Shown here: in pieces, positions 1 to 9,200 of the stretch
How the letters are laid out: every line of letters starts with the position of its first letter
How positions within the stretch are numbered: position 1 is the first letter of the stretch
Source: Paracoccaceae bacterium
GTDB lineage: Bacteria > Pseudomonadota > Alphaproteobacteria > Rhodobacterales > Rhodobacteraceae
Length of the DNA stretch: 41,481 bases
Reading direction: 5' to 3'
NCBI GenBank assembly: GCA_046589965.1
Contig: JBKJVF010000232.1
Coordinates: 1-41,481, forward strand
Notes under the pieces: model-generated
What the model saw: the letters and a program-made list of their open reading frames with translations, nothing else
What the model was told of the DNA's origin: nothing
The model's database searches: none
Position numbers and translations under genes: made by a program

Positions 1-960
1 ATGTGCAAGGCCTGCGACTATACGATCCACGGCGCGCAGCACCATTTCGGGTGGGACAATTCCCTGCCCCCGGCGCTGCGCGTCGCCCCCGGCTCGACCA
101 TCGAGTTCCACTGTCACGATTCCTCGGCGGGCCAGCTTGGCCCGTCGTCGACGCTGCAAAGCGTGGTTGACCTCGACTTCGGCAAGATCAACCCAGTGTC
201 CGGGCCGATCTTTGTCGATGGTGCGATGCCGGGCGACGTGCTGAAGGTGACGCTAGAGGGGTTTGCGCCCAAGGTGTTCGACGGCAAGGGCTTTGGCTGG
301 ACGGCGAACATTCCCGGCTTTGGGCTGCTCGCCGACCAGTTCACCGATCCGGCCCTATGCCTGTGGAGCTATGATCCCACCAGCATGGAGCCTGCCCTTT
401 GGGGCAAATCCGCCCGCGTGCCGCTGAAACCCTTCTCCGGTACGATCGGCAACGCTCCCGCAGAGGCGGGCCACCATTCCGTCGTCCCACCGCGCAGGGT
501 CGGCGGGAATCTCGACATCCGGGACCTGACCTCGGGTGTCACCCTTTACTTGCCGGTGGAGGTGGAAGGGGCGCTGTTCAGCGTGGGTGACACCCATGCC
601 GCACAAGGCGATGGCGAGGTGTGCGGGACGGCCATTGAGTCCCCGATGAACGTGGTCCTGACGCTGGATCTGGTGAAGAACCAGCCGCTGAAGACGCCAC
701 GCTTCACAACTCCCGGCCCGGTCACCCGGCATTTGGACGCCAAAGGCTATGAAGCGACGACCGGCATCGGGCCAGACCTGATGACAGCGGCCAAAGATGC
801 GGTCTCGGGGATGATCGGCCTTCTTCAGGCGCAACAGGGCATCTCGGCGGTCGACGCCTACATGCTCTGCTCTGTCTGCGGCGATCTGCGGATATCCGAG
901 GTCGTGGACATGCCGAACTGGGTCGTCAGCTTCTACTTTCCAAGGGTTGTCTTTGAATGA
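1..960 (+). CDS. acetamidase/formamidase family protein
   Basis: 319-aa ORF. HHFGWDNSLPPALRVAPGSTIEFHCHD and GDTHAAQGDGEVCGTAIE resemble the FmdA/AmdA family. The ATG is at window position 1, so the true start may lie upstream. The stop overlaps the next start (ATGA, 957-960). Confidence 0.85.
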   Translation: MCKACDYTIHGAQHHFGWDNSLPPALRVAPGSTIEFHCHDSSAGQLGPSSTLQSVVDLDFGKINPVSGPIFVDGAMPGDVLKVTLEGFAPKVFDGKGFGWTANIPGFGLLADQFTDPALCLWSYDPTSMEPALWGKSARVPLKPFSGTIGNAPAEAGHHSVVPPRRVGGNLDIRDLTSGVTLYLPVEVEGALFSVGDTHAAQGDGEVCGTAIESPMNVVLTLDLVKNQPLKTPRFTTPGPVTRHLDAKGYEATTGIGPDLMTAAKDAVSGMIGLLQAQQGISAVDAYMLCSVCGDLRISEVVDMPNWVVSFYFPRVVFE

Positions 961-2729
961 CACTTGCGGAAGCCTTGCCAACCTCCGGGGCTGTCGCGGC
1001 CCCGGTTCCCGTGCTGCGGGTAGAAGGCCTTTGCGTTTCGGTCCGCACTGAAGCTGGGTTGAAACCCTTGGTCGAGGACCTGTCCTTCACCCTGCACAAG
1101 GGCGAAACCCTTGCCATCGCAGGCGAAAGCGGATCGGGCAAATCCATCACCTCGCTCGCCATCATGGGCCTTCTGCCACCCCCCGCCGTGCGGGTGACGG
1201 GGGGGCGGGTGATGCTGGGGTCCGAGACCCTGACCGCCCTCCCCGAAGCCGCCCTCCGCGCCATCCGGGGCGACCGGATCGCGATGATCTTTCAAGAACC
1301 GATGACCTCGCTCAACCCGGTGATGACCGTTGGCGCCCAGTTGACCGAAGCCATCCGGGCGCATGACCCTGTCAGCCGCTCGGAGTCCGCAAAGCGCGCG
1401 GTTGAGGCGCTGAGGGCCGTTCGCCTGTCAGAACCGGAACGGCGGATGCGCCAGTATCCCCATGAGCTTTCCGGCGGCATGCGCCAACGCGTCATGATCG
1501 CCATGGCGCTGGCGCTGCGGCCTGAGGTGCTGATCGCGGATGAGCCCACCACTGCACTCGACGTCACCGTCCAGCGTGAGGTGCTGGATCTTCTGCGCGA
1601 CCTGCAACGAGACCTTGGCACGGCGATCATCCTGATCACGCATGACATGGGCGTGGTGGCGGAGATGGCTGACCGCGTCATCGTGATGCGGCAGGGACGT
1701 CAGGTTGAGACCGCGACGACCATCGACATTTTCGCCAGACCGAAAGCCGATTACACGCGCGCGCTTCTTGCAGCCGTGCCGCGCATGGGGCAGGGGGCCG
1801 CGCGTCCGCCAGTGACAAGCGAGCCCATCGCCAGGCTGACCGATGTTGTCGTCCGTTATCCGCTCCGCGGTGGCATTCTTGGTGGCATCACCCGGAATGT
1901 TCATGCGGTGGAACACGTCAGCTTTGACATACTGAAAGGTGAGACTTTCGCCCTGGTGGGAGAATCCGGCTGCGGCAAGTCAACCATCGCCAAGGCGCTG
2001 GTGGGCCTTGCCCCGCATCAGGGCCAGATCGAGATTGCCGGGCAATCCATGGAAACGCTTGATCCTGCGGGCCTCAAGGCCATGCGCCGCCGTGTGCAGA
2101 TGGTGTTTCAGGACCCGATGGCCGCGCTCAACCCTCGTATGCGGGTGGGCGAGCTGATTGCCGAACCGCTTGCGATCCATGGCATTGGCACCCCGGCGGA
2201 TCAGACCGGTCGCGCGCGCGACCTCATGGCTCGCGTGGGGCTGGAGGCGGCACAGCTTGACCGCTATCCGCATGAGTTTTCTGGCGGTCAGCGCCAGCGC
2301 ATCTGCATTGCGCGCGCGCTGGCACTGCAACCCGACCTCATCATTGCAGACGAAAGCGTTTCTGCCCTTGACGTGTCGGTTCAGGCCCGCGTGCTGGATC
2401 TGCTGCGCGATCTCCAGCGCGAATTTGGGGTGTCCTATCTCTTTATCAGCCACGATATGGCGGTGGTCAACAACGTGTCTGATCGGGTTGCCGTGATGTA
2501 TCTGGGTCAGATCGTCGAACTTGGAACGACGGCACAGATTTTCGGCAACCCGCAGCACCCCTACACTCGCCTGCTGATCGAGGCCGTTCCCATACCGGAC
2601 CCTGCCCGCGCGCGTGCGACCATCCCCCGCAGAGCGTCAGACTTGCCCAGTTCGTTGCACCCACCGGGCCACGCGCCGCAACGTTTGTCTTTGGTAGACA
2701 TTGGTGACGGCCACTTGGTTGCCACATAA
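957..2729 (+). CDS. ABC transporter ATP-binding protein with two fused ATPase domains (peptide/nickel DppD-DppF/GsiA-like)
   Basis: 590 aa with two Walker A motifs (GESGSGKS, GESGCGKS), two ABC signatures (LSGGMRQR, FSGGQRQR) and two Walker B motifs (LIADEPTTALD, IIADESVSALD). Confidence 0.9.
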   Translation: MTLAEALPTSGAVAAPVPVLRVEGLCVSVRTEAGLKPLVEDLSFTLHKGETLAIAGESGSGKSITSLAIMGLLPPPAVRVTGGRVMLGSETLTALPEAALRAIRGDRIAMIFQEPMTSLNPVMTVGAQLTEAIRAHDPVSRSESAKRAVEALRAVRLSEPERRMRQYPHELSGGMRQRVMIAMALALRPEVLIADEPTTALDVTVQREVLDLLRDLQRDLGTAIILITHDMGVVAEMADRVIVMRQGRQVETATTIDIFARPKADYTRALLAAVPRMGQGAARPPVTSEPIARLTDVVVRYPLRGGILGGITRNVHAVEHVSFDILKGETFALVGESGCGKSTIAKALVGLAPHQGQIEIAGQSMETLDPAGLKAMRRRVQMVFQDPMAALNPRMRVGELIAEPLAIHGIGTPADQTGRARDLMARVGLEAAQLDRYPHEFSGGQRQRICIARALALQPDLIIADESVSALDVSVQARVLDLLRDLQREFGVSYLFISHDMAVVNNVSDRVAVMYLGQIVELGTTAQIFGNPQHPYTRLLIEAVPIPDPARARATIPRRASDLPSSLHPPGHAPQRLSLVDIGDGHLVAT

Positions 2730-3821
2730 GCGGCCAGGTCGGACTACGTCCATCCAACAAACGAATTTAGAGTGTTCGCGAGTATTCTTCTACCCTTGGC
2801 TATCCATCAGTCGGCCACCCAAGACCCGCTATGGCGAAGACGCGAGGACAGGGTGGAATGACCCTTCGCGAATTGTCTTGACGGCGGCTTTGGATACTTT
2901 GTCGCGCGACGCGACGTGCCGCGCCGGATCACAAATGCGTAGCCCACCGGAACCTAACTCCAACACCCAGAAACGGTTCTTCATATCAGTCGTCGAACCT
3001 GAACGTAGCGAACGACCGCTTTCCGCCGAAACCAACCTTCCACTGAACCCAGAACAAACAACGAAAACAAAGTTCGAATCCAATTTCACGTCAACTCGGA
3101 CGCCAGTCGGCTCGAACTCCAATTAAGTGTGGCAAATATTCAAATTGCTACAGATACTTAGACGCTCAACACCGAATTGGCGCAGTCATCAGGTTTGGAG
3201 AAGACGTTCTCCAAGAAAACGTCTCAGGCCACCACGGTACCTAGACCAGTGCTCAGCCCGGCCCGCATAATCCCTGGAAACAGCGCAAAAAATTAGGCCA
3301 CAGCCGGATAGGGAGAACGCTTTCGTTGTGGCACGTGGCGGAGGAAACGCGACTGCGGACGAACCTTCTCTGGTGCATAAACTATTGTTTTTATTATATC
3401 TTATACCGGTCCGAATCCCATTTGACGAAACGTGACTGACATCCAGACAGGGCGATCTAGCCAACTTCGCCGTCATGATCGACCGACCGCTGAGAAAATG
3501 ACAGGCCGCCATCAATTTTTGTGAAGACCTCACCGAAGTGCCAACGCCAATGCTCGGACGTATCCACAAATCACAATGTTTCCAGCGGCCAGCATCGGAC
3601 TGAACCAACGCCACCAGTAGCGGACGGTGTCATGGCCGCTCTCGTTGCCATGCTCGTGGAGAAGGTCTTCGACGATGCTGAGCGACAGTGGGAAGCGGAT
3701 TTAGAGTATCACCGCCTGGCAGATGATATAGGGGCAGGTCTTTAAGTAGCGAAATGCGAGCGCTGGGTCATCTAGCGAGGGTAGTGGCGCTGAAGTCACG
3801 TGGCAACAAAAACTCCTTTGA

Positions 3822-4078
3822 CACGACCAGGTTCGGCTGCAACTGCAGGCGCTAGCCTACAACCTGGCGACCTTCTCGCGCTGTATCGAACAACCCGAGG
3901 CCATGGCCGATTGGTCTTTGACCAGCCTCCAACTGAAACTCATCAAGATCGGCGCCGCGTCGTCCGTCACACCCGCGCAATCACCTTTCAATTTGCGGAA
4001 GCTGCGGTCACCGGCCCGATGGTGCGCGCCATCCTCGCCGCCATCCGCCGCCTTCGAGCGCCACCGCTATGCGCGTAA
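3822..4078 (+). pseudogene. C-terminal remnant of a DDE transposase (IS1380-like), frameshifted
   Basis: Frame 3 reads QVRLQLQALAYNLATFSRCIEQPEAMADWSLTSLQLKLIKIGA. The homologous tail continues in frame 2 as RVVRHTRAITFQFAEAAVTGPMVRAILAAIRRLRAPP. This matches the characteristic end of IS1380-type transposases (..LAYNL..WSL..LR.KLIKIGA.VV.H.R...FQ.AE.AV). No intact N-terminal part and no terminal inverted repeats were seen. The family assignment is from memory. Confidence 0.55.
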
Positions 4079-4377
4079 CCGCAATCCTGGCCCAAAGTGA
4101 ACGAAAGCGGCACGACAGGCCAGTGAGCCGCGGTGAAAAACGGGCTCGCCGGGTAAGGATGGCCAAGCTTTGCTGCCCAGTCGACGCACATTCGAGCGCA
4201 CTGGCAAGCGCAGTCGAGGCCGGAAGGGCAAATCACTTGATTTGGAGGCAAAATCCGGCGACCTTGGTATCAAGCGGCAGGCCATTTGAGGAATTTTGGG
4301 CTAGATCTCCAGCGTCCCCTCAGCTGGCGCTTTCCTTCTCCGCCGCTTGGGTATGACTGTGGAAAGGAAGGCTGGAC

Positions 4378-4998
4378 ATGTTTGGCAACGCGCAGACGAT
4401 TTCGCTGATGACCATCCACGATGATTGTGCCGGTGAAGGGGCAAACCTAGCGTTTCCCAACATGTCCTCCTGCGCTGCCATCGTGTGCGTCCTGGGGGAC
4501 CGCTTGGTGGGTATTCACAAAACGCTAGGAGCGATCACAGGCAAGCAGCTCGCCCTATTCGAATATGCCAAATCCCTGATCGACAATGATACGGTTTACA
4601 AGATCGTCATTACCGGTTGGAAGGCAGGAGTGGGCTGTACCGTTGGGCACGATGCCGCGACTGTCCGCAACGCGCTCGGCAATCCGAATGTTGCCACATA
4701 TTTTTTCAATCTTGCGACCACGACGAAGGGTAGCCGCGACAGCGATGCGTACAAGACTGGCACGTCCAAAAGCAAAATGTCTGACCTGTGCACGTTCGCG
4801 GCGCGAAACGGCACAGACTTCCCGCGGATAACAGTTAAGCGCACCACCAAAGTGACCAACGCAAACATTGCGACGCCAACGCTTCGGGCGGCGGGCCACA
4901 AAGACGTCTCGCCAGCGTTCCGGTTCGGCGCGGTGGCTGAAGACGTGACCAGTTCGCATGATCACGCAATCAGCCAGAACAAGTTCACACAGGTCTGA
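4378..4998 (+). CDS. hypothetical protein (orphan, 206 aa)
   Basis: Strong SD (GGAAAGGAAGG) 6 nt before the ATG. Lower-GC context. No family recognised. Contains an SSCAAIVCVLGDRLVGIHKT Cys..His segment. Confidence 0.55.
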   Translation: MFGNAQTISLMTIHDDCAGEGANLAFPNMSSCAAIVCVLGDRLVGIHKTLGAITGKQLALFEYAKSLIDNDTVYKIVITGWKAGVGCTVGHDAATVRNALGNPNVATYFFNLATTTKGSRDSDAYKTGTSKSKMSDLCTFAARNGTDFPRITVKRTTKVTNANIATPTLRAAGHKDVSPAFRFGAVAEDVTSSHDHAISQNKFTQV

Positions 4999-5388
4999 GC
5001 TGGCACTCGGTTCGCGGAGGCGAAGTGCATTAAGGATGAGAACTCTACCCAATTAAAAATAATTGGCTGGCGGCTTTCCTCAATTGAACCGCGAGACCCA
5101 TCTGTCTAAATGCCAACTGCGGACTTTGGCCCACCGGAAAGCTCCGAAAATGGTTGACCGATGGCACGGCGTCGGAAAGTCTTTGCCGATAAGATGATGT
5201 TGCCAATGTTTTTGATCTCGTGGTTTGGACAGGTCCGGACAGTATCGATTGATGGAGGCTTGATGCGAAGAACCCTTGCGTGGACGTGACTTCTGTTTCT
5301 TATTCCGATCTCGCCGGTTGCGGCGCAAGAACGTCGGGTCGCCGATTTCACTTGGCAAGAGCTAGCCGTTCTGGCGGCGGCAGATGGA

Positions 5389-5937
5389 GTGGGCGACACT
5401 GCATTTGGCTACGAGATTGGACTTGCCAGCGGCGGCGACGAATTCGAGAAACGGGCTGACCAGCGCGCGCTGATCCAGTTTCTGCGGGACGAGGCAGCGC
5501 TGCGGACTTTAGGCGATTCAGGTTGGCGCGAGGATCTCTCCGCCATAATACTGAGTTTGTCGGTGGATGTTGCCGTCCCAACGTTCGATTTTGACGACAA
5601 GATGTTCCGATTCTGCATTCCATTGTAGGTCAATTTCGACCCGGACCCGGGTCTGGCAGGCTCGTCGCTCCAGATCGAATACATCCAGCTGGCAGTGGAT
5701 TTTTATGGGCACGACAGTGGTCTGTGGGCGTTCCTGCCGCAGAGCAGTGGCGATGAGACCGACCGGCCTTTCCGCGACGGGTATGCCGTCAATCCCGGTG
5801 CGCCGGGGGTCAGCATCAATGTCGGCAACACCGCTACGGAAAAGCTCAAGGACGAAGCCGACGCTGAACGCGTCTACCGCCCCTGTTTTCACGAGCATGT
5901 GGCTAGCCCCTACGGGCTATCAACCGTCCCCAAATAA
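5389..5937 (+). pseudogene. hypothetical ORF interrupted by an in-frame TAG (5626-5628)
   Basis: ORFs 5389-5628 and 5695-5937 are in the same frame and separated only by one TAG. Codon usage on this strand looks coding (GAC/GGC/CTG/ATC bias). The frame is open back to 5290 without an ATG, suggesting N-terminal truncation as well. Confidence 0.4.
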
Positions 5938-6039
5938 CTATCGTTGCCAATATCTTGCACAGGTCAGGTCTGACACCGCAGTGAGCTGCCGAACATCACG
6001 CAATTCGGTCCAAACCGCTCTGCCTGTACTAAAGTTTTG

Positions 6040-6160
6040 CACCCTCAAAGCAGCACGCCGGGATGGCCTTTGACCATCCCGGCGACGATGCCGTCGCGCG
6101 GACACGACTACATCAGGGCACCGGGAACAAGTGGGACGAGGGAACGAACCTGCCCGGCGA
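6040..6160 (-). ncRNA. candidate EcfG-dependent small RNA 2 (downstream of ndvB)
   Basis: An exact GGAAC-N16-CGTT lies at 6191..6167 (minus strand). There is no plausible ORF downstream. The C-rich core GUUCCCUCGUCCCACUUGUUCC (6145..6124) is followed by a 10-bp hairpin (GCCGGGAUGG/CCAUCCCGGC, 6083..6057) and then GUGCUGCUUUG. The ends are estimates. Confidence 0.35.
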
Positions 6161-6166
6161 GTGACC

Positions 6167-6191
6167 AACGCCCGCGGAACCAACTGGTTCC
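6167..6191 (-). promoter_or_regulatory. EcfG-type promoter motif GGAAC-N16-CGTT (drives candidate sRNA 2)
   Basis: The plus strand reads aacg(6167-6170)-N16-gttcc(6187-6191). It lies in the 304-nt gap between the ndvB stop and the TAG-interrupted ORF. Confidence 0.5.
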
Positions 6192-6241
6192 CACAATCTA
6201 TGACCACCAAAGTGTATGCCCAAAAACTCGACCATTGAGCC

Positions 6242-9200
6242 TCAGGGCAGAGCTGTTATGGCACCGGGCGGCGCGGCCCCCAGGGTCAGGTGAACCCGCG
6301 TCACTCCGTCAGCAAAGGGCATGTTGAACGCGCCGCCAGCGTGTTCGGCAGCCTCGCCATTGATGGCCACTTTCGCGATGCCATGGCCCGATCCTTCGGG
6401 ATTTGCCACGACAACCTCGACCGTTGCGCCTCGGTGGCGGACAGTGACCGAAACACCCGCCCACGCTTTCGGGATTGTGGGATCAATCACCAGATGATCG
6501 CCCGCCCGGGTCAGGCCCATGATCCCCTCGATCCCGGCGCGGTACATCCAGCCTGCGGCCCCTGTATACCATGACCAGCCAACGCGTCCTTCGTGGGGGG
6601 CGGTGGAATAGACATCCCCCGCAATCGCGTAAGGCTCGCCCCGGTATCGCGCTGCATCATCGGGTGTCAGGGCGTGATTGATCGGGTTCAGAATGACAAA
6701 CAGGTCCACTGCCTTGTCACCCTGCCCCAGCATCGCATAAGCCATCACCACCCACATCGCCGCATGGCTGTACTGCCCGCCATTTTCGCGCAGGCCGGGC
6801 GGGTAGCCCTTGATGTACCCCGGGTCGAGCGCGGTGCGGTCGAAGGGCGGTGCGAACAACAGCGCAAGCCCCGGGTCGCGGCGGATCAGCCGTTCACCGA
6901 CCTCGGCCATTGCCTGACTGGCACGTGCGGGGTCGCCAGCGCCCGAAAGCACCGCCCAGGACTGCGCGATGCTGTCGATCTGGCATTCGTCTGACGTGGC
7001 GGACCCCAGAAGGGAGCCATCATCAAAGGTGCCCCGCCGGTACCATTGCCCATCCCAGGCATTGGCCTCGATCGCGGCGCGCACGGTTTCAGCATGCGCA
7101 CGCCAGCGGGTCGCGCGCGCAGGATCGCGGACATCCGCCAGCGGTGCCAGCATCGTGACGGTCCGGATGAACAGCCATCCCAGCCAGACGCTGGTGCCTT
7201 GGCCATGTTCGCCGACGCGGTTCATCCCGTCGTTCCAGTCGCCGGTGCCGATCAGCGGCATCCCATTCGCGCCAGTCAGTTCAATGCACTGGTCGATGCC
7301 GCGCGCGCAATGCTCCCACACGCTGGCGGTCTGATCGGACGCGCCCGGCTGGAAAAAGCTGTCATGCGCACCCGCTGGCACCTGCGGTCCGTCCAGAAAC
7401 GGCACCATTTCGTCCAAGATAGCTTTATCGCCACTGACCGCAACATAGCGGGCCACGCCAAAGCCCAGCCAGACCCGGTCGTCCGAAATTCGGGTCCGCA
7501 CGCCCTGCCCGGAATGTGGCAACCACCAATGCTGCACATCGCCCTCGGGAAACTGCCGCCCCGCCGCGCGCAACAGGTGTTCGCGGGTCATTTCAGGCCG
7601 GCTGAAGGTCAGCGCCATGCCATCCTGCAACTGGTCGCGGAAGCCATAGGCACCACTCGCCTGATAAAAGCCCGCCCGCGCCCAGATGCGACAGGACAGT
7701 GTCTGATACAGCAACCAGCCATTCAGCAAGATGTCCATCGACCGGTCTGGTGTCTTGACCTGCACCGATCCAAGCAAGTCGCCCCAATGCGCGGAAACCT
7801 GATCTTGCACCGCATCCAGATCCGCGCTGCGAAACCGGGATATCAGATCGCGCGCGGCCTCGATGCTCTCCGCCTGTCCCAGCAGCAGTTGGACCTCGAC
7901 CCTTTGGCCGGGGGCAAGGGTGACAATGCGTTGCTGTGCGGCGCAAGGATCGAACCCTGCCCCGACACGCCCCGACAGCTTTTCCCCGCGCAATCCACGC
8001 GGATCGGCCATGCTGCCGCCTGTGCCCAAGACTTCAGCGCGGTCGCATGTGTGGCCGTGAACCTGCGACCCCATATCGGCGAAGGCGACGCGCCCGGGAA
8101 ACGCCATCGCAAAGGGGTTTCTCGCCATCAGGGCGCCCGTCTCGGGATCGCGCTCGGTGGTGACGGTCGCTGCCGACACGTTGCGCGATGTCCCCAAGAC
8201 CCATTCGGCATAACTCGTCACGGACAAACGACGCGGACGATCCGACCGGTTGTGCAAGGTCAGCCGGGTTATCCGCAAGGGCGCATCCATCGGCACTGTC
8301 TGCACCATGCTGGAGGCAATCCCCCCTTGCTGGTAATCAAACCGCGAATATCCAAACCCGTGCCGCGCGACATAAGTCCCTTTGCCCCGCATCGGCAGCG
8401 CGGTCGGCGTCCAGATCGCGCCGCTGTCTAGGTCGCGCAGATAGATCGCCTCGCCGGGGGCGTCGGTGACCGGGTCGTTTGACCAGGGCGTCAACAGGTT
8501 TTCGCGGCTGTTGCCCGCCCAAACCGCACCTGCCCCCTCAGCCGACACCACGAAACCAAAGTCCGGATTGGCGATCACGTTGACCCATGGCGCGGGCGTC
8601 GTTGCACCGCGCTTCAGCACGGTCACGTATTCCCGGCCCCCGGCATCAAAGCCGCCCGTGCCGTTCCAGAACTCCAGTTCCGGCAGGTCCGGCTCCGCGA
8701 TCGGTTCTGTCGGCATGGCCACCGGCTCTGGCAGCTTCAGGGGTGCGAGTGCTGGCAACGCATCCAACTGCTGGCTGATATCCCCCCGGCTTGCGGTCAG
8801 TACGACCCGCGCCACCGAAAGCAGCAACGCACGGGTTTCCGGCGTGACCAGATCGGCGCGCAGCACATGCACGACGCCTTGCGTGCGCGTCGCACCCTCA
8901 GTCCGCGGGCGGGAATGCGCTGTGCGCACCGCGGCCTCGATGGCGATCTGCAAGTCCTGCACATAGGACGACGACCGATCATTCAGAATGACCAGGTCTA
9001 CGGCCAACTGGCGTGCCCGCCAGTATTCGTGGGCGGCAAGAATCTGGCGCACCTGGCCCACATCTGTCGTGTCATCGATCCGCATCAGAACGATCGGCAG
9101 GTCACCTGAAATGCTGTGCGGCCACAGCCCCGATTGCGGCCCTGCGCCCGCTATGATGCGTCCCGAATGTACCCGCAGCCGTGGATCGCCGCGCAAGATC

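Noticed and set aside
2829-3122. A minus-strand ORF with an HTH-like stretch (GGLRICDPARHVASRDKVSKAAVKTIREG), possibly a degraded IS transposase or regulator N-terminus.
   Set aside because: The similarity is too weak and gapped to assign by eye. It would need a profile search.
3060-3125. tRNA-like T-arm strings (GTTCGAATCC at about 3074 and GCTCGAACTCC at about 3110), which might mark a tRNA gene or an island attachment site.
   Set aside because: The flanking bases do not form a T-stem, acceptor stem or anticodon arm on either strand.
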